64,000 bases of DNA from NCBI GenBank assembly GCA_902624785.1, contig CACNYU010000001.1, positions 18,737-82,736 of the forward strand. The letters run 5' to 3'. Shown here one piece after another: positions 42,604 to 53,273 of this stretch. The position numbers and the translations under genes are program-made. The stretch comes from an uncultured Prochlorococcus sp. Its GTDB lineage: Bacteria; Cyanobacteriota; Cyanobacteriia; PCC-6307; Cyanobiaceae. The stretch's first letter is position 1. Each line of letters starts with the position of its first letter. Under the pieces are notes generated by a model. It worked only from the letters and a program-made list of their open reading frames with translations, had not been told where the DNA came from and made no database searches.

Positions 42604-43956
42604 ATGAAATTATTTCAAAAGTTACTTCTAGCACCTGCTGCTATTGGTGTTTTAGCACCAATAGCTGCTAATGCTTCTGAAGCTAACTTTCAAGATGTGA
42701 CTAATTATGCTCAATCTGATATTGAGATTAATCAAGATGCATTTAAACCTTTAACTACTACAAATCCACTTTTTGCTGGAGGTGAAGGATTAAATCAGAA
42801 TTCAAATAGTGATTTTGATACTGATTCATTCTCTTCTACAACGACACTCGACGGAAAAGCAGTTTTCGTATTAGGTGCTGTTGATGGCAACGTTGATTTA
42901 GGTGAAACATCTAAAGGTACCAGCACAAAAGCAGGTTCAGGTGATACTGCTGGAATCACATTTGTTACTCAGACATCAAGCGCGAAGTCTTCTGATGCTG
43001 TTTCAGCCGCTTATGTTTACCAAATGAACTTAAATACAAGTTTCACTGGTGACGATAACCTATATGTAAGGTTAAAATCTGGCGACGGTTTTGAAAACTT
43101 TGGAAGTAAGCCTGGTACTTACTTAAACGAAACCAAAGATAATGGTGACGTACTTAAGGTTGACAAGATCTGGTACACATTTCCTCTTGGAGACAAGGTT
43201 GAAGCAACTATAGGTCCAAAGATTGAGAACTATTACATGCTTGCAGCAAGTCCTTCTGTTTATCAGCCAAAACTACTTAAAGCATTTAGATTTGGTGGTC
43301 ATGGAATTGCTTTCGGTGCAAGTACTTCAACAGGTCTTGGTTTAAAGTACACCGCAGATAACGGATTTGCATCAAGTATCACTGTTAACTCAAAGGGTGC
43401 TGCAGGTAAAAAAGGTTTCCTAACAGATGAGGACACTAACAAGTTGAATGCAATGGTTGCTTATACAAAAGATAACTACCATTTATCAGCAACTTATACT
43501 GCTCAGCATGGAAACTTCGGTGCTTTCCACTATTTTTCAACTGACACAATCGATGGAAGTGCAGATTTAAGTGGATATGCCTTAAGAGCTTGGTTTAGAC
43601 CTGATGAGACAGGGACAGCAGTTCCTTCAGTTTCAGTTGGCTACGACACAGTAGACTTTGCAGATAAACCAGGTGGTTTCGAAAATGGAAGTGGCTATTC
43701 AATCGCTTTTAACTGGCAGGATATGTTCCAGGCTGATGATGTGATTGGTATCGCTTTTGGACAACCAATCAAAGGTGAAGACAATGTTACTTCAGGTGTA
43801 AGTGATGTAGATCCTTTCCTTTGGGAAGCTTACTACTCATTCCGTCCAAATGATTCCATTGAGGTAACTCCTGGTGTCTTTGGTGGTACTGATGTAAGAG
43901 ATGACAAAACTGATGACATCTTTGGTGCTGTTTTACAGACAACATTCAAGTTTTAA
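42604..43956 (+). CDS. som: Som-type porin lacking the SLH domain
   Basis: MKLFQKLLLAPA, FSSTTTLDG, LNTSFTGDD and WEAYYSF motifs; terminal TTFKF. Confidence 0.92.
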   Translation: MKLFQKLLLAPAAIGVLAPIAANASEANFQDVTNYAQSDIEINQDAFKPLTTTNPLFAGGEGLNQNSNSDFDTDSFSSTTTLDGKAVFVLGAVDGNVDLGETSKGTSTKAGSGDTAGITFVTQTSSAKSSDAVSAAYVYQMNLNTSFTGDDNLYVRLKSGDGFENFGSKPGTYLNETKDNGDVLKVDKIWYTFPLGDKVEATIGPKIENYYMLAASPSVYQPKLLKAFRFGGHGIAFGASTSTGLGLKYTADNGFASSITVNSKGAAGKKGFLTDEDTNKLNAMVAYTKDNYHLSATYTAQHGNFGAFHYFSTDTIDGSADLSGYALRAWFRPDETGTAVPSVSVGYDTVDFADKPGGFENGSGYSIAFNWQDMFQADDVIGIAFGQPIKGEDNVTSGVSDVDPFLWEAYYSFRPNDSIEVTPGVFGGTDVRDDKTDDIFGAVLQTTFKF

Positions 43957-43980
43957 TTATTTGAATAAATCTACACACAT

Positions 43981-44009
43981 AAAAAAGACCTCTTACGAGG
44001 TCTTTTTTT
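43981..44009 (+). terminator. Rho-independent terminator (bidirectional) after the porins
   Basis: AAAAAAGACCTC-ttac-GAGGTCTTTTTTT. Confidence 0.9.
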
Positions 44010-44417
44010 ATTATTAGGATTATTAGCTTTTATAAATTAGAAAAAGTAAAATAAATAAATAAATAAATAAATCATGCAAAAATTTTTTGAATTACTTCCA
44101 GTCTTTGGATTTCTATTATCCTTAACCTTATTTGGATATGGCTTAAAAAAAGTTCTCTTAAAAGTTGAAAAAGATAAAACTAGAGATTAGTAAAAAAAGT
44201 AAAAAAGAATTTCATAAATGAGCATTAATATATTTAAATCCTAAAAAGCAAGAAGGAAATTAAAACCATACATAGTTTAAAAAACAATGAAATATTAAAT
44301 TAAAAAATTATCTTAAAGAAATATCCAGAAATAAAATTAGTTAATAAAAGTTTGAAAAGTTTAGTAAATATTTTTTTATAAACATTTTTATATCATTTGT
44401 TTTTTAATTAAAGTATC

Positions 44418-44675
44418 TTATTTATTTTTATTATGTTTATTAAATTTTAAAAGCAATGTTTCGTAAAAAAATAGGAATATTGCGATGAAACCTACAATAG
44501 TAAATCCTCCAATAAATAAGAAAAGTAAAACTTTAATAAAAAAACCTAACGGATTAAAAATATTTCCTAATCTTAAAATAAAAATAGTTATTAAAGGAAT
44601 TGCAGTTAATATTGATAATGCACTTAACCAATAGAATATTTTTTCAATTATTTTATTTTTAAATATTTTAGTCAT
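44418..44675 (-). CDS. Hypothetical two-TM protein
   Basis: 85-aa ORF, ATGA-coupled to the upstream gene. Confidence 0.5.
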   Translation of the reverse strand: MTKIFKNKIIEKIFYWLSALSILTAIPLITIFILRLGNIFNPLGFFIKVLLFLFIGGFTIVGFIAIFLFFYETLLLKFNKHNKNK

Positions 44676-45235
44676 TGATTTGTATAAAGAAAAATGGGGT
44701 TTTCAATTTTATCAAAAAGATAAAAAGAATTTAAATTCTTTTTATCTTGCAGAAAATTTAACACCATTATGGTTAATGGAAAAATTATTATTAAAAGAAT
44801 GAAGCCACAAAAAAATAATTTATTAAAACCAAAATTATTAGATTCTTCAAAAACATATTTGAATTCCTCCTTTATATCATTACTATTAATTTTTTCTAGA
44901 ATATTTCTATTATAAATTTGATTTTCCTGAATCTTTCTAACTCGAAATTCTTCAAAATCAAGATGTTCTAGGGCCCATTTTTTCCACTGTTCCCATTCAC
45001 TAATCTCATTTTGTTTCACATATAGATTTTTATTTTCATCAAAATTTAACAAATTATAATTAAAGGTACTTAAATCATTATTAGATCTCTGCAATTTAGG
45101 ATTTACAATAACATCAAATTTCTTCAAGAAATCAACAATTAAATCATCCAATGTAGGAATTCTTTGAAATCTTAAATCTGGTCTTTTTTCTTGTATTAAT
45201 TTTATTTGTTTTTGAGTATAAATCATAAAAATCAC
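44672..45235 (-). CDS. Hypothetical protein with C-terminal TM
   Basis: 187-aa ORF containing EWEQWKKWALEH. Confidence 0.6.
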   Translation of the reverse strand: MIFMIYTQKQIKLIQEKRPDLRFQRIPTLDDLIVDFLKKFDVIVNPKLQRSNNDLSTFNYNLLNFDENKNLYVKQNEISEWEQWKKWALEHLDFEEFRVRKIQENQIYNRNILEKINSNDIKEEFKYVFEESNNFGFNKLFFCGFILLIIIFPLTIMVLNFLQDKKNLNSFYLFDKIENPIFLYTNQ

Positions 45236-45289
45236 TATATATTTTTTAAATTATCTCTTGTTTATTATAACTTTAAAACAAAGAGAAAT

Positions 45290-46294
45290 TTATTTTAAAG
45301 AATTGGTCATGTCTTCTAAAGACTTTCGTAATGGAATCGGATTCCAATCAAATAACAATTGAGTTTCTGAAATATCCACCTCATAAGAACCTCTTTTAAT
45401 CATTAATGCAGTACTTTTCATCTCTTTATTAAATGGGGCCAAAGAATTTATAACTTTATTTGGAATAAGATTTGTAGGGGCCTTATCAAAACCAAATTCT
45501 CTTAAAATTTTGGATATTTCTAAGAAAGCAACACTATTAGAAGAAGTTGCAATTATTCTTTTATTATTACTACCACTATTTTTAAGAGATTGAACATGTA
45601 ATTTAGCGACATCTCTTACATCAACAACTGTGAAATACAAATCTGGTAAAGCTGGAAATTTGCCTGTTATTAAATTATTAATTAAGCTTGCAGATGCTCC
45701 ATCAAGATCATTATTTAATATTGGACCAAAAACCATCCCAGGATGAATAGTTGTAAAGGAAAATGATTCATCTGATTGAAGTTCAATAAATTCCCAAGCA
45801 GCTTTTTCTGCAATTGTTTTACTTTTTATATATGCTCCAGAATATTTTGTAATGTCAGTCCAATCAGAATTAGTACACATTTCTTTATTATGTCCATAAG
45901 CTATAGATGCCATAGATGAGGTTAAAACTACTTTTTTTAACTTATTATTTTTAGCAGCGTTAAGTGCTCTTAAAGTACCTTTTAGAGCAGGCTCAATAAG
46001 TGTATTTTCATCTTTAGGTTCTTGAATAATAAATGGTGAAGCGATATGAATTAGATAATCACAATCTGAAGCAGCTTCATCCCAACCATCATCTTTTAAA
46101 AGATCTAAATTACAAAATTCAAGATTAGCTACTGATAGATTACTTTCTAAAGATTTTCTTACTTGACTTTCTTTACCTAAATCTCTTAATGATCCTTTAA
46201 CTTGATATCCAACATTTAGTAATTCTGATATACAATGCAGTGCAATATATCCAGAAGCACCTGTTACGAGTACTTTTTCTTGATTTGTTTCCAT
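45290..46294 (-). CDS. NAD-dependent epimerase/dehydratase (paralogue of 19551)
   Basis: VTGASGYIA, HIASP and YIKSK motifs. Confidence 0.88.
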   Translation of the reverse strand: METNQEKVLVTGASGYIALHCISELLNVGYQVKGSLRDLGKESQVRKSLESNLSVANLEFCNLDLLKDDGWDEAASDCDYLIHIASPFIIQEPKDENTLIEPALKGTLRALNAAKNNKLKKVVLTSSMASIAYGHNKEMCTNSDWTDITKYSGAYIKSKTIAEKAAWEFIELQSDESFSFTTIHPGMVFGPILNNDLDGASASLINNLITGKFPALPDLYFTVVDVRDVAKLHVQSLKNSGSNNKRIIATSSNSVAFLEISKILREFGFDKAPTNLIPNKVINSLAPFNKEMKSTALMIKRGSYEVDISETQLLFDWNPIPLRKSLEDMTNSLK

Positions 46295-46500
46295 ACAATT
46301 ATCCTATCAATAGATGTATGATCTCGCGTTATTTAAATTATCTAAGTTGATTTATATTTTTTATAAAATTATCAGATTAATAATCCTATCTCACCAGACA
46401 TACAGTTTTATATTAATAATTAAATTAAAGTAAATCAAATTTATTTAATTTATATAATTAAATAAAATTAAAAAAAGTATTTATTAAGGTTCAAAAATTT

Positions 46501-47547
46501 ATGTATAAATTACTTTCTGGAATTGCATTCTTATCATTATTGATTACAGGTTGTTCTAACTCCTATCAAAAAGAAACTTCTCGTCTTGATTTAATAAAAG
46601 AGAGAGGGGAATTAATTTGTGGTGTAAGTGGAAAAATCCCAGGTTTTAGTTTTCTAGGTATAGATGGTAAATATAGGGGACTTGATGTTGATATTTGCAA
46701 ATCTTTCGCTGCAGGGATTCTGGGAGATTCTTATAAAATTCAATATAGACCTTTAACAGCAGCAGAAAGATTCACTGCAATTAAAACTGGAGAGATTGAT
46801 ATACTGTCCAGAAATACAACTTTTACACTTAGTAGAGATTCTTCAGGAGGGAATGGATTAAGTTTTGCTCCTGTTGTTTTCTATGATGGCCAGGGATTAA
46901 TGGTTAAAAAAGAAAGTAATATTAGTAGTATCGAAGATCTTAAAAATAAATCTATTTGTGTAGGCTCTGGGACAACTACAGAACAAAACATAAATGATGT
47001 TTTTGAAAGTAACTCTCTTCCATACACTCCAATAAAGTATCAAGACTTAAACCAAGTTATTGCAGGATATTTACAAGGTAGATGTTCTGCAATGACATCA
47101 GATCGTTCCCAACTAGCCGCAGCTCGTTCAGGTTTTAAAATTCCTGAAAATCATATTATTTTAAGAAATGTATTAAGTAAAGAACCTCTGTCCCCAGCGT
47201 CTGATGGTGCAGATAATAAATTAGCTGATGCTTTAAGATGGATAATATTTACACTAATAACTGCCGAAGAGGAAGGTATCACAAAAGAGAATATTGATGA
47301 GAGACTAAAACTTGCAAAAAACAATCCACAGCTAAAATCTTTAAGAAGATTTCTAGGAGTAGATGGAGGTTTAGGAGAGAAAATAGGCTTAAGAAATGAC
47401 TTTACCGTTAATGTAATTAAGGCAACTGGTAATTATGGAGAGATTTATAAAAGGAATCTAGGAGAAGATAGCGATGTACCTATACCTCGAGAGCTAAATC
47501 AACTCTTCAAAAATGGTGGGTTACATTTCTCTCCTCCATTTAATTAG
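46501..47547 (+). CDS. General L-amino acid ABC transporter substrate-binding lipoprotein (AapJ/NatF-like)
   Basis: Lipobox ITGC; GLDVDIC, LSRNTT.T.SRD, SKEPL and GNYGEIY motifs. Confidence 0.9.
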   Translation: MYKLLSGIAFLSLLITGCSNSYQKETSRLDLIKERGELICGVSGKIPGFSFLGIDGKYRGLDVDICKSFAAGILGDSYKIQYRPLTAAERFTAIKTGEIDILSRNTTFTLSRDSSGGNGLSFAPVVFYDGQGLMVKKESNISSIEDLKNKSICVGSGTTTEQNINDVFESNSLPYTPIKYQDLNQVIAGYLQGRCSAMTSDRSQLAAARSGFKIPENHIILRNVLSKEPLSPASDGADNKLADALRWIIFTLITAEEEGITKENIDERLKLAKNNPQLKSLRRFLGVDGGLGEKIGLRNDFTVNVIKATGNYGEIYKRNLGEDSDVPIPRELNQLFKNGGLHFSPPFN

Positions 47548-47558
47548 TTAATTAAATA

Positions 47559-48458
47559 ATGAAAAGCTATAAAAACATATTTTTCCAAATAATAATTATT
47601 TTACTTTGCATATTATTCTTTGGTTTTTTAATAAATAATCTAATAATAAATTTAATAAGAACTGATTTAGGTTTTAACTTTTCTTGGCTTTTAAAGCCAT
47701 CAAGTTTTGCTTTGGCTGAGCATGTTTTACCATATTCTCCATCTGACAGCTATGCATGGGCATTATTGATAGGTTGGCTAAATAGCCTAAAAGTAATATT
47801 TATTTCTTTATTTTTATCAACTATTCTGGGAACAATAATTGGACTTAGCAGCGCAGGTAATAATATTTTATTAAAAATAACTTCTGCATTTTACGTAACA
47901 ATTATTAGGCAAACACCTCTTCTTCTTCAGCTGATGTTTTGGTATTTTGTAGGCTTCTTAGGTTTAAAAAATAATTTTATATATTTTTCAAATATTCTTA
48001 AAATTAATAATCAAGGTATAGAGTTTTTTGGATTAACTTTAACTTCTGAATTCTCTGCACTTATTATTGGATTAAGTGTTTTTACAAGTGCTTTTATAGC
48101 GGAAGTGATTAGAGGAGGTATTATTTCTGTGCCAAAGGGACAGTGGGAATCATTTAGAAGCTTGGGTTTATCTGAAAGGAATGGTCTTTTAAGAGTGATT
48201 ATGCCTCAAGCTTTACCAGCTATAATTCCTGGATTAACAAGTCAATATCTAAATTTAGCTAAGAATAGTACACTCGCAATTGCTATTGGTTATTCAGATA
48301 TTTATGCAATCAATGACACAATTATAAATCAAACAGGAAGAGCTATTGAGTGCTTCATAATTTTGCTTTTAACTTTCTTAATTCTCAATCTTTTAATAAC
48401 AAACTTGATGGAGACAATAAATAAATTCATTAATAAGAAAAAAATTTATCTTAGTTGA
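47559..48458 (+). CDS. Amino acid ABC transporter permease (AapQ/NatG-like)
   Basis: RQTPLLLQL, AEVIRGGI..VPKGQWE and YLNLAKNS motifs. Confidence 0.88.
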   Translation: MKSYKNIFFQIIIILLCILFFGFLINNLIINLIRTDLGFNFSWLLKPSSFALAEHVLPYSPSDSYAWALLIGWLNSLKVIFISLFLSTILGTIIGLSSAGNNILLKITSAFYVTIIRQTPLLLQLMFWYFVGFLGLKNNFIYFSNILKINNQGIEFFGLTLTSEFSALIIGLSVFTSAFIAEVIRGGIISVPKGQWESFRSLGLSERNGLLRVIMPQALPAIIPGLTSQYLNLAKNSTLAIAIGYSDIYAINDTIINQTGRAIECFIILLLTFLILNLLITNLMETINKFINKKKIYLS

Positions 48459-49480
48459 TTTATAAAATGCATCAAAAAAAAGTAAAAAAATATATTGAAA
48501 AAATAAAAGAGATTTTATTTTTAAATTCATTAAATAATTTTTTAATTATCCTTTTAATTTTTACGATTTGCATATTTTCGCTTCAGTCTTTTAGTTCTGT
48601 TATTTTTAATTCAAAATGGTCAGTTGTTACCACAAATATTCCATTATTTGCCTTTGGGACTTTTCCATCCGACCAGAGTTGGAGACCAATTATTTGGATT
48701 GTTAGTTTGTTATTAACTAGCGTATTATCTATAATCCCTCCTAAATGGAAATGGCTTAGAAAGAATTTATTATTTGCTTGGATGGGAATGATTCCTTTAG
48801 GAATTTTCTTACTTTATGGTGGTTTAGGTCTACAAACCGTAATGAGTAGAAATTTTGGAGGACTAACTTTAACAATATTTCTTACTGTATGTAGTTCAAT
48901 GTTTGCTTTACCTTTAGGAATTGGTTTAGCATTTTGTAGGCAAAGCTCACTATTTGTTGTTAAAAAATTAAGTTCAATTTATATAGATACTATGAGAGCG
49001 ATACCATTAATAGCTGTTCTTTTTTTTGGACAATTACTGATACCTTTATTTTTACCACTAGGTTTAGAAATTGATCGTGTTTGGAGAGCAATATTTGCTT
49101 TTACTTTATTCGTATCTGCTTATATTGCCGAAGACATAAGGGGGGGTTTACAAGCAATCCCAAATACACAAATTGAGAGTGCAAAAAGTCTTGGACTTAA
49201 TCAATTGCAAATAATCAAATTTATTCTGATTCCTCAGTCTTTACGCATCGCATTACCGGCCTTAACTAATCAAGTAATAGGTCTTTTTCAGAACACATCT
49301 TTAATGTCTATTTTAGGCCTTGTTGAGTTTCTTGGTATCGGGAGAAGTATACTCGCTAATCCGAAATTTATAGGACAGTATATTGAAGTATATATCTGGT
49401 TAGCTTCTGTCTACTGGATAATTTGCACGATATTGGCACTTATGGCTAAATATCTTGAAAAAAGATTAAAAATAGCGTAA
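48455..49480 (+). CDS. Amino acid ABC transporter permease (AapM/NatH-like)
   Basis: GGLTLT and AYIAEDIRGGLQAIP motifs. Confidence 0.88.
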   Translation: MIYKMHQKKVKKYIEKIKEILFLNSLNNFLIILLIFTICIFSLQSFSSVIFNSKWSVVTTNIPLFAFGTFPSDQSWRPIIWIVSLLLTSVLSIIPPKWKWLRKNLLFAWMGMIPLGIFLLYGGLGLQTVMSRNFGGLTLTIFLTVCSSMFALPLGIGLAFCRQSSLFVVKKLSSIYIDTMRAIPLIAVLFFGQLLIPLFLPLGLEIDRVWRAIFAFTLFVSAYIAEDIRGGLQAIPNTQIESAKSLGLNQLQIIKFILIPQSLRIALPALTNQVIGLFQNTSLMSILGLVEFLGIGRSILANPKFIGQYIEVYIWLASVYWIICTILALMAKYLEKRLKIA

Positions 49481-49495
49481 AAATCCTAATTACTT

Positions 49496-50239
49496 ATGAA
49501 TACAATTATAAAAGTTAAAAACATTTCAAAATCCTATTCTAAAGGATTACTTGCACTTGATAAAGTATCCCTAAAAGTAAATCAAGGGAAAGTACTTGTA
49601 ATTATGGGTCCATCAGGATCAGGGAAAAGCACCTTAATTAGAACTTTTAATGGTCTTGAAACTTTTGATACAGGGGAAATTGATATCTTAGGAATAAAAA
49701 TTAATTCAAATTATAATGAAAGAAGAATTCAAAAAATAAGAAAAAGAGTTGGAATGGTATTCCAGCAATTTAATTTATTTCCTCATCTTTCTATCTTAGA
49801 CAACATAACTTTAGCCCCATTAAATGTTCAGAAACGTTCTAGAGTTGATGCAGAAGAATTTGGCATGTACTTATTACAGAAGATGGGTATTAGTATGCAC
49901 GCAGAAAAATATCCCAGCCAATTAAGTGGAGGAGAACAGCAAAGAGTAGCAATAGCGCGCGCACTTGCTTTAAAACCTGAATTACTTTTATTTGATGAAC
50001 CAACAAGTGCTTTGGATCCAGAGAGAATAAATGAAGTTTTAGATGTCATGAGGAAACTTGCACAAGAAGGTATGACTATGGTTGTTGTAACCCATGAAAT
50101 TAATTTTGCAAAAGATGTAAGTGATCAAATATTATTTATGGATTCAGGAAAAGTTATAGAAACTTCAACACCAGATATTTTCTTTTCAAACGCTAAACAT
50201 GAAAGGAGCAGAAAATTTCTTAATCAATTAGATAAATAG
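49496..50239 (+). CDS. Amino acid ABC transporter ATP-binding protein (AapP/GlnQ-like)
   Basis: GPSGSGKS, MVFQQFNLFPH and DEPTSALDPE motifs. Confidence 0.92.
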   Translation: MNTIIKVKNISKSYSKGLLALDKVSLKVNQGKVLVIMGPSGSGKSTLIRTFNGLETFDTGEIDILGIKINSNYNERRIQKIRKRVGMVFQQFNLFPHLSILDNITLAPLNVQKRSRVDAEEFGMYLLQKMGISMHAEKYPSQLSGGEQQRVAIARALALKPELLLFDEPTSALDPERINEVLDVMRKLAQEGMTMVVVTHEINFAKDVSDQILFMDSGKVIETSTPDIFFSNAKHERSRKFLNQLDK

Positions 50240-50368
50240 AAAATTAAATCATTCTACCATTAGGAAGTAATAATGAGTGCATATTATACATCTCAACAAG
50301 ATGTTTAAAAAGAAACTCGCAAAAAGGGTTCAATTCAATTTAATATTGAATTATTTTAAACATTTAAT

Positions 50369-50512
50369 ATGAATATCACTGTTTTTTGGATTTTGTTTTT
50401 AATACTTTGGGGAACTGTTCCTTTAATGATTATTAAAGGAAGAAAAGATAATGATACATTCCAAACAGCTCCTTTAAAAAATTCACCAAGGAAAAAGGGT
50501 TTATTTAGATAA
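50369..50512 (+). CDS. Single-TM microprotein (47 aa)
   Basis: MNITVFWILFLILWGTVPLMIIKGRKDNDTFQTAPLKNSPRKKGLFR. Confidence 0.5.
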   Translation: MNITVFWILFLILWGTVPLMIIKGRKDNDTFQTAPLKNSPRKKGLFR

Positions 50513-50577
50513 TTACTTTTAATATAATTGAAATCAATTTATTGATTAGCGAATTGATAATTTAAGCAATTTTTTTA

Positions 50578-50697
50578 TTAAAAAGTTTTTGGACCTTTAG
50601 GCTGCTCTTTTCCGCTAGAAATACCAAAATCATTAGAACCAAACTTCATAAAAGCTAAGAAAGCCGCAAAAAAACCTATAACTGCGAATAGATACAT
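50578..50697 (-). CDS. Single-TM microprotein (39 aa)
   Basis: MYLFAVIGFFAAFLAFMKFGSNDFGISSGKEQPKGPKTF. Confidence 0.5.
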   Translation of the reverse strand: MYLFAVIGFFAAFLAFMKFGSNDFGISSGKEQPKGPKTF

Positions 50698-50959
50698 AAT
50701 AAAAAAATAATATTTAAAGAGAATATATGTGTTTTAAAAATAAAACTAGTACAAAATTTACATAGTTAATATTCTTTATTACTTACGATCAGTAAAAATA
50801 TTATTCAATACAAGTTGGGATTAATAAATTATTAAAATTTTTACAATATATATAAATTCAATTATTTAGTATTTTAATTTATGTAATTAAGAATTGTATA
50901 TATTAAATTATTATTTGATTAAAATTTAAGAATAATATAAATAGAAGTAATTTAATTAA

Positions 50960-51160
50960 ATGAAATTCAAGCCATCTAGTGAGCAATTAGAGAAAATATT
51001 TAATCCTGCTTACGAAGATATAATGGCTATATGTGATGAAATGGATTTTGAAACAAAATGTGGAAATGAATTTATAATAAAATTCTTAGAAGATATTGTA
51101 GAAGACTATAAATTATTAGTTAAACAGCTCAGAGAAGAGGAGGAAAATGAAATAAAGTAA
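50960..51160 (+). CDS. Small acidic hypothetical protein
   Basis: 66-aa ORF. Confidence 0.55.
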   Translation: MKFKPSSEQLEKIFNPAYEDIMAICDEMDFETKCGNEFIIKFLEDIVEDYKLLVKQLREEEENEIK

Positions 51161-51336
51161 AATTATTTAAACCAATATATCAAAAATTTATTTGTTATTT
51201 TTTTGGAAAAGATAATAGGCCATAGGATTGAATTAACTTTTGTTATGTTATTTTTTGATAAAAGCATTGCAAAAGCTCTGGTTAAAATAATTTTTCTCAT
51301 TAAAAAAACTCAATAAAATAATAAATTAAAATTAAA

Positions 51337-51621
51337 TTACTTAAAGAATTTAACTGTCTCTTCTAAATCAGCACACGGCTGTATATCTATATCCATAAAA
51401 ACTCTCCAAGGTCTCCATTGTCTCCAAATAGTTTCTAAAGAATTAGCACTAACAACGGAATAACCTTTTCCATTTTGATGCATAAATATCCAAGAGTGAA
51501 CTTCATATCCATCCGGTCTATTTTGAGGACCACCTTCCTTATACCAGTCAACTAACATTTCACCACCCTTTTCCTGAGTTTTCCCGTCATAAAATTTATA
51601 GGAAATCAAATACCTCTGCAT
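51337..51621 (-). CDS. DUF3303 domain protein
   Basis: YLISY.F, G.G..VV.A..LETIWRQWRPW...MDI.I.PC pattern. Confidence 0.75.
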   Translation of the reverse strand: MQRYLISYKFYDGKTQEKGGEMLVDWYKEGGPQNRPDGYEVHSWIFMHQNGKGYSVVSANSLETIWRQWRPWRVFMDIDIQPCADLEETVKFFK

Positions 51622-51756
51622 AAAAGACTATATAACTTTATACATATTAGATATTATTTATAAATTTACTTGAATAAAAAAAATATAAATATAGAAATAA
51701 ACAAATAATCTATAAAATATTTCAGAAAAGAAAACCTTTCACAATTAATAAACAGT

Positions 51757-51903
51757 TTATTTTGAACCATTAAACATTGCTTTTTGATTGGTTAGCCAAA
51801 ATAATAAAAAAATAAAAAAGGCTGATACTCCAACACCAACAAATGAACTAAAAAAGAATTTTGTAGAAATATCAGTTTCTGTAAAGGCGAAAAATAAATC
51901 CAT
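51757..51903 (-). CDS. Single-TM microprotein (48 aa)
   Basis: MDLFFAFTETDISTKFFFSSFVGVGVSAFFIFLLFWLTNQKAMFNGSK. Confidence 0.5.
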   Translation of the reverse strand: MDLFFAFTETDISTKFFFSSFVGVGVSAFFIFLLFWLTNQKAMFNGSK

Positions 51904-52328
51904 GTCTAGAAAATAAAAAATAATTTACACCTTATTAGCTTTAATTTCTTGCCTTTTGATACCAATGTTATATCATTTTTTACCAAAAAATTGAAAAAAA
52001 ATATGCATTCTCTAAAGAAATATTAGTTTAATTATCAAATAGTTAAAAATTAAATAATAAAAAATCCAATAAATATAAAAATTAGATTAAAGTAATTAAA
52101 GATATTTTAATAATATGCAAACTGAAAGTTCATCTGATTCTTTAAGAAAATCCATTCAAAATAATTTATATAAAATAATGTTGATATCAATAGCTGCTTC
52201 GGTAGTCATATTTTCAATTAATCAACAAGGTTTCTTTTTTGGAATTCATTAACTAAATTAATAACTTTGTGTAAATATTTAAGTAAGAATAAAATAATAA
52301 CAATTTTAAATCATATCAATCAAATTTT

Positions 52329-52679
52329 TTATTGATATTTTTCAGATCTGCGTAATGCTTTTACAGCTCCTTCATAATCGTAATTCGAAAGTTTTTCTTG
52401 ACTCTTTTTTTCCAATAACTTAATAATTTTGATTCTTTTTTCATTATCAATTCTCATTTTATGATCTTTTATTAAATCAAATTTTGATGAGTAAATATTT
52501 GATAATTCTTTTTTATATTTATCAATAATTTCTTTATTAGTAATTAATTTACTAAATAATGATTTAATCTCTAATTTATCTTCTAGAGATCCCTTGAAAT
52601 TCTTTTCCTTATATTTATTTTCGCTTGATTTTATTAAGCTAATAATTTTTAATAGGATTTCATTCTGAATATTTTCCAT
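52329..52679 (-). CDS. Hypothetical helical-repeat protein
   Basis: Two similar halves (SENKYKEKNFKGSL / SQEKLSNYDYEGAV). Confidence 0.6.
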   Translation of the reverse strand: MENIQNEILLKIISLIKSSENKYKEKNFKGSLEDKLEIKSLFSKLITNKEIIDKYKKELSNIYSSKFDLIKDHKMRIDNEKRIKIIKLLEKKSQEKLSNYDYEGAVKALRRSEKYQ

Positions 52680-52771
52680 TATTTTTCTTTCCCTAGATAT
52701 ATAAGAAGTATAAATGATACTATGCTAACTACTGCGATTAAATACCAACCAGATGAAGAAGTACTTTCCAT
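52679..52771 (-). CDS. Single-TM microprotein (30 aa)
   Basis: MESTSSSGWYLIAVVSIVSFILLIYLGKEK; TAATG-coupled to the next gene. Confidence 0.45.
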   Translation of the reverse strand: MESTSSSGWYLIAVVSIVSFILLIYLGKEK

Positions 52772-53039
52772 AAAAGAGTAAAAATTTCCTTATTAAAAAT
52801 TGTTGAATAATAAAAATTTCATTTCTGACTTAAATTTTTTTGAGTTTTTTTGAGAAAAAATCATAAAAGGCCTGATACAGTAAGCATCTGCTTGATTACA
52901 AAAAGCACTCCAATAACTATTGTAAGTCTGCTTAGGAAATAAAGATTGTTCATAATTTATTTATAACAATATATGGTACTCTTTGTACTAGTTTTGGATA
53001 TAAAAATCGTTTAACTTGCTTATATAAATTTTAAAACCT

Positions 53040-53159
53040 ATGACTAATAACTTAAGAAATGAGATAAAAAAAGAAGAGAAGACGTTTAATTTACTACTAA
53101 TAGCTGTCTTAACTCCTATTATCGCTGGATTTGTTGTTATTTCTATTTATATCTTCTAG
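53040..53159 (+). CDS. Single-TM microprotein (39 aa)
   Basis: MTNNLRNEIKKEEKTFNLLLIAVLTPIIAGFVVISIYIF. Confidence 0.4.
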   Translation: MTNNLRNEIKKEEKTFNLLLIAVLTPIIAGFVVISIYIF

Positions 53160-53273
53160 AGCTCTTCTACCCTCTTTTAAGGTTGATTTTACAAACCAAA
53201 AAGAAATTATCAGAATAATAATTCCTAATACAAATATAGATAACTGACTTGCATTCTCAAAATTAATAATAAT

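Noticed and set aside
44048-44071. (AAAT)n microsatellite, and similar (ATTTA)n near 11125-11150
   Set aside because: Low-complexity AT background; no spacers, so not CRISPR
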